A program made the position numbers and the translations under genes. A DNA stretch of 10,030 nt, from the IMG/VR virus record IMGVR_UViG_2711768072_000012; one strand, 5' to 3'. The notes under the pieces are model-generated. The model made no database searches, was not told where the DNA came from, and was given only the letters and a program-made list of their open reading frames with translations. The DNA is from a virus (taxonomy: Duplodnaviria > Heunggongvirae > Uroviricota > Caudoviricetes). Shown one piece after another: positions 7,273 through 10,030 of the stretch. The stretch's first letter is position 1; each line of letters begins with the position of its first letter.

Positions 7273-7362
7273 GTGCTGGTTCTCAAATGTGCGCTGGCTA
7301 TTGCTGCTGTAATGGCAATTTATTGCCTTGCTGTTGTTCTTATGGATCGCCTTTCTGATTGA
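7273..7362 (+). CDS. possible small hydrophobic peptide (~29 aa, GTG start)
   Basis: AGGAGG at 7263-7268 followed by GTG at 7270/7273. Encodes VLVLKCALAIAAVMAIYCLAVVLMDRLSD, a single predicted TM helix. The frame choice is uncertain. Confidence 0.2.
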   Translation: MLVLKCALAIAAVMAIYCLAVVLMDRLSD

Positions 7363-7369
7363 TTTCATA

Positions 7370-7398
7370 TTGGCGAGGTGACGGGAGTTAAGTAGAAT
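7370..7398 (+). promoter_or_regulatory. candidate hok mRNA promoter
   Basis: TTGGCG (7370-7375), a 17-nt spacer, then TAGAAT (7393-7398). The predicted 5' end near 7405 (GGGTGCTTGAGGC) resembles the hok mRNA 5' tac region and is complementary to the 3' segment at 7780-7792. Confidence 0.4.
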
Positions 7399-7439
7399 GG
7401 CTGCGGGTGCTTGAGGCTATCTGTCTCAGGCATGAACAC

Positions 7440-7530
7440 CAAAGGCAGATAGAGAAAAGCCCCAGTTAACATTACGCGTCCTGCAAGACGCTTAACATTA
7501 ATCTGAGGCCATATCTATGCTCTACACACG
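7440..7530 (-). ncRNA. sok: predicted Sok-like antisense RNA region (approximate bounds)
   Basis: Inferred only from hok/sok locus architecture: the antisense RNA is normally complementary to the mok leader and start. Minus strand around 7530-7560 has a weak TTGCCT-17-TAACCT promoter-like pair. Ends are not determined. Confidence 0.3.
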
Positions 7531-7729
7531 TAGGTTAGCCTCTTACGTGCCGAAAGGCAAGGAGAAGCAGGCTATGAAGCAGCAAAAGGCGATGCTAATC
7601 GCCCTGATCGTCATCTGTTTAACCGTCATTGTGACGGCACTGGTAACGAGGAAAGACCTCTGCGAGGTACGAATCCGAACCGGCCAGACGGAGGTCGCTG
7701 TCTTCACAGCTTACGAACCTGAGGAGTAA
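7517..7729 (+). CDS. mok: mok-like upstream reading frame, here in frame with hok
   Basis: ATG at 7517 opens a 70-codon frame that runs into and through hok in the same frame. The leader resembles the mok leader of hok/sok loci. Confidence 0.35.
   Translation: MLYTRRLASYVPKGKEKQAMKQQKAMLIALIVICLTVIVTALVTRKDLCEVRIRTGQTEVAVFTAYEPEE
7574..7729 (+). CDS. hok: Hok/Gef family type I toxin (51 aa)
   Basis: MKQQKAMLIALIVICLTVIVTALVTRKDLCEVRIRTGQTEVAVFTAYEPEE has the Hok TM segment and the conserved TRKxLCE...R.G..EVA.F.AYE pattern. By recollection it is closest to HokD/RelF. SD AAGGAG at 7559-7564 with a 9-nt spacer. Confidence 0.85.
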   Translation: MKQQKAMLIALIVICLTVIVTALVTRKDLCEVRIRTGQTEVAVFTAYEPEE

Positions 7730-7797
7730 GAGACCAGGCGAGGGAGAAATCCCTCGCCACCTCTGATGTGTCAGGCATCCTCAACGCACCCGCACTT

Positions 7798-7820
7798 AAC
7801 CCGCTTCGGCGGGTTTTTTA
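7798..7820 (+). terminator. intrinsic terminator (UUCG tetraloop hairpin + T6) ending the hok transcript
   Basis: TAACCCGCTTCGGCGGGTTTTTT: stem CCCGC/GCGGG, extendable to 7 bp, with a TTCG loop and six Ts. Confidence 0.7.
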
Positions 7821-7867
7821 TTGGTTGACAAAATTATGAATATGCACCAATATCTTGGTTGACAAAA
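7821..7867 (+). promoter_or_regulatory. Two direct copies of TTGGTTGACAAAA (each containing a TTGACA -35 hexamer): candidate promoter/operator of the downstream cassette
   Basis: Identical 13-mers at 7821-7833 and 7855-7867, 34 bp apart, between the hok terminator and the first cassette gene. Confidence 0.4.
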
Positions 7868-7902
7868 GTCGTTTTTTGCACGGATTAGGCGGAGAAGTGT
7901 CT

Positions 7903-8496
7903 ATGCAGAACCATCCATTCCCTTGGGAGTTCTTTCCTGAGTTAACAGAGGAGCGTTTAACCATTATAGCTGAGGAGTTGCTCAGGATACAGGATATTAC
8001 TCATGAGTTATTGTCATCGCCCTATGATGATAATTACACTCGTGGTGGTTGTACATTTGGGCGTCAGCGGCAGGCGTTGCTACAAATGTGCGTACGAAAG
8101 ACATATGACTGGTTAAGACTACTTAATCCTGGCATGGATCTTACGTTTTCAATTGGGAATGTCCCTATTCGTTTCTTTACTGATGACGCAGATAACCCCA
8201 AGAAACGCGGTTTTTTCAAAAGAAATGATGCTGATCGACTCTTTGAGTCAGAGGAGACTACTCCAACTATGCATCGCTTTGTGGTTGAAAAGCCTGAATT
8301 TGAAGGCGAGGGTGGTAGAGTCATTTTTAATGGCTATAACGTGTTTGGTGAGATCGTGTCAACTTGGACATATGGTGCGGACCGTGTTGTTATGCTGAAC
8401 TCTGTCGATGATGTACCTCCAGCACCGGTACCTATCGAACTAGAACCTATCAGTGCGTCTAAGACTGAGAAGGAAAAGAAACAAAATAGCAAATAG
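7903..8496 (+). CDS. uncharacterised protein (~197 aa), upstream partner of the HTH-peptidase; candidate effector/toxin
   Basis: ATG at 7903 with GGAG at 7891-7894 (8-nt spacer); the track's 7855 start is TTG inside the repeat. Acidic, no TM segment, no catalytic motif recognised, with a Pro/Lys-rich tail. Stop lies 10 nt before the next gene. Confidence 0.65.
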   Translation: MQNHPFPWEFFPELTEERLTIIAEELLRIQDITHELLSSPYDDNYTRGGCTFGRQRQALLQMCVRKTYDWLRLLNPGMDLTFSIGNVPIRFFTDDADNPKKRGFFKRNDADRLFESEETTPTMHRFVVEKPEFEGEGGRVIFNGYNVFGEIVSTWTYGADRVVMLNSVDDVPPAPVPIELEPISASKTEKEKKQNSK

Positions 8497-8506
8497 TGGG
8501 TGAAAT

Positions 8507-9628
8507 GTGTTTAACGGTACTAATTTAAGACTTGCTCGTCTGTATCACGAGCTATCTCTGGAGCAGGTTGCTGAGAAGGTTGAAAAAACACGCCAGTATG
8601 TACAGCGACTGGAGTCTGGTTCAGCTACTCCATCCCCAGAGCTTATAAATAAATTAGCCGAGGTTTTGCGCGTGAAGCCCGCCTTTTTCGAAGGGCAGGA
8701 ACATTCTCCTGTTAATGAAGAGATTGTACATTTTCGTAAACGCGCCTCGACAAGGATGTCAACGAAGCTATCAACACTCGCTAAGGCTGAGTTTTATCGT
8801 CGTTTTATTGATGTATTTGAAGATAACCTTAATTTGTCACCTGTTCGATTTCCTGAATTTCGTGTCCATACACAAGAAGATATCGAGCGAGCGGCAGAAA
8901 AATGTCGTATTGAGTGGGGCTTAGGCTTTGGCCCAATTGAAAATATGACTCGCCTTGCCGAGAAACTTGGGGCGTTTGTTACTTCATTTGACTCCGTTTC
9001 GGATGAAGTAGATGCACTGTCTGTTCCTCTGCGAAGGCCTTTTATTGTTCGAAATACAGCTAAAAATTCACCTTGTAGGCAACGCTTTGATATTGCTCAT
9101 GAGGTTGCCCATTTGATTCTTCATGAAGGAATTTCTACTGGGGATAGATTAACTGAATCCCAGGCAAACCGTTTTGCCTCTGCTCTGTTGCTTCCCAGAA
9201 CGTCGATGGCGAAATATTTTCCAAGACCTGTGGGGGGGAGGATAAATTGGCAGGGACTAAGCCAATTTAAGTTGACATGGAAAGTAAGTAAGGCTGCCAT
9301 TGTTTACAGGGCTCATCAATTAGGACTTTTGACTGATGAGCAGTACAGAACTGCATTTATGGGGTTGAAACGGAAAGGGGAAGCTATTGATGAAAAAGAA
9401 GATTATCTAATCCCTCATGAGCGTCCTGAGTTATTCCGTCGGGCTTTATCGTTTTTATTTGAAGAGTTAGGATACGACCCACAGCGTATAGCTGATGAAA
9501 TGGATATAGAAGTGGACATTTTTTATGAGTTAGTAGGAGATGATCTTCCTGCGGTTCATGAACTGCCAGGAAGTGGTGATGTTGTTTCACTACAATCTTA
9601 CCGAACTCTTAGAGGCAAAATTCACTAG
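8507..9628 (+). CDS. XRE-family HTH fused to ImmA/IrrE-type (M78, COG2856-like) zinc metallopeptidase (373 aa)
   Basis: N-terminal HTH (LSLEQVAEKVEKTRQYVQRLESGSATPSPELINKLAEVL). Zinc-binding HEVAH in IAHEVAHLILHE followed by ESQANRFASALLLP, the typical ImmA/IrrE signature. GTG start at 8507 with GGGTG upstream. Confidence 0.85.
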   Translation: MFNGTNLRLARLYHELSLEQVAEKVEKTRQYVQRLESGSATPSPELINKLAEVLRVKPAFFEGQEHSPVNEEIVHFRKRASTRMSTKLSTLAKAEFYRRFIDVFEDNLNLSPVRFPEFRVHTQEDIERAAEKCRIEWGLGFGPIENMTRLAEKLGAFVTSFDSVSDEVDALSVPLRRPFIVRNTAKNSPCRQRFDIAHEVAHLILHEGISTGDRLTESQANRFASALLLPRTSMAKYFPRPVGGRINWQGLSQFKLTWKVSKAAIVYRAHQLGLLTDEQYRTAFMGLKRKGEAIDEKEDYLIPHERPELFRRALSFLFEELGYDPQRIADEMDIEVDIFYELVGDDLPAVHELPGSGDVVSLQSYRTLRGKIH

Positions 9629-9631
9629 GCA

Positions 9632-9654
9632 TAACCCGCTTCGGCGGGTTTTTT
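9632..9654 (+). terminator. intrinsic terminator identical to the one at 7798-7820
   Basis: TAACCCGCTTCGGCGGGTTTTTT, a 23/23 identical copy, 3 nt after the cassette stop. Confidence 0.7.
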
Positions 9655-9729
9655 GTTTTACGTATTCTGGTTTACAATCTACAGGCCAGCCTGAACAACT
9701 GGCACCTGCTGCGCCAGCAGAGAAAGACG

Positions 9730-10008
9730 ATGGCGCACAATACCAAATCACACAATTCTGATAATTCAGCTGTCTTTGCCAGCAGGCACGGGCGGCGTTC
9801 CCGCACATTCAAATCTGATTGGTACCAGCATCCCCCATGTACTGAAGAACAAGCTGAATGGCTAATTCAGTGCTACCGCAGACACGGATACGAGATTAAG
9901 AAAGCCCTCAGCCTCGATTATCGTCACTGGATAATCTCCGTCAGGCTTCCTTACTCTGAACGCCCACCGCGTCCGTCCCGCACATTCCAGCAACGCATCT
10001 GGAGGTAA
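9730..10008 (+). CDS. hypothetical basic protein (92 aa)
   Basis: ORF after the second terminator with a weak SD. Contains an internal repeat (RRSRTF / RPSRTF). Its stop overlaps GGAGG (10001-10005) followed by GTG at 10010, which may start the next gene running off the window. Confidence 0.35.
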   Translation: MAHNTKSHNSDNSAVFASRHGRRSRTFKSDWYQHPPCTEEQAEWLIQCYRRHGYEIKKALSLDYRHWIISVRLPYSERPPRPSRTFQQRIWR

Positions 10009-10030
10009 CGTGCGGGTATTACTTCGACCT

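Noticed and set aside
7134-7358. 74-aa Cys-rich plus-strand ORF
   Set aside because: The cysteine richness comes from TGC/TGT repeats in a T/G-rich spacer with no SD at its ATG. The overlapping hydrophobic frame with a consensus SD is a better, though still uncertain, candidate.
8064-8398. ORFs 8064..8324 (-) and 8153..8398 (+) inside the first cassette gene
   Set aside because: Alternative-frame or antisense ORFs within a longer ORF that has a good SD; likely shadows.
9540-9808. ORFs 9540..9761 (+) and 9590..9808 (-) crossing the terminator
   Set aside because: They run through the terminator hairpin and intergenic region and overlap better-supported genes; likely spurious.

Overview
This window reads as the immunity and replication region of a Rac-like lambdoid prophage from an enterobacterium, followed by an accessory (moron) stretch. 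The core is a racR-like repressor divergent from ydaS-ydaT-ydaU-ydaV-ydaW, with a mirrored leftward promoter/operator driving two small translationally coupled genes. Downstream cargo comprises a NUDIX + HAD hydrolase pair bracketed by hairpins with identical arms, a complete-looking hok/sok-type type I toxin locus, and a two-gene cassette bracketed by identical 23-bp terminators. That cassette encodes an unrecognised ~197-aa protein plus an XRE-HTH/M78 (ImmA/IrrE-like) metallopeptidase fusion, and is my best candidate for an undescribed toxin-antitoxin-like or anti-phage module. All calls come from reading the sequence and the supplied ORF translations; no searches were run, family names rest on motifs and recollection, and the GC comparisons are by eye.
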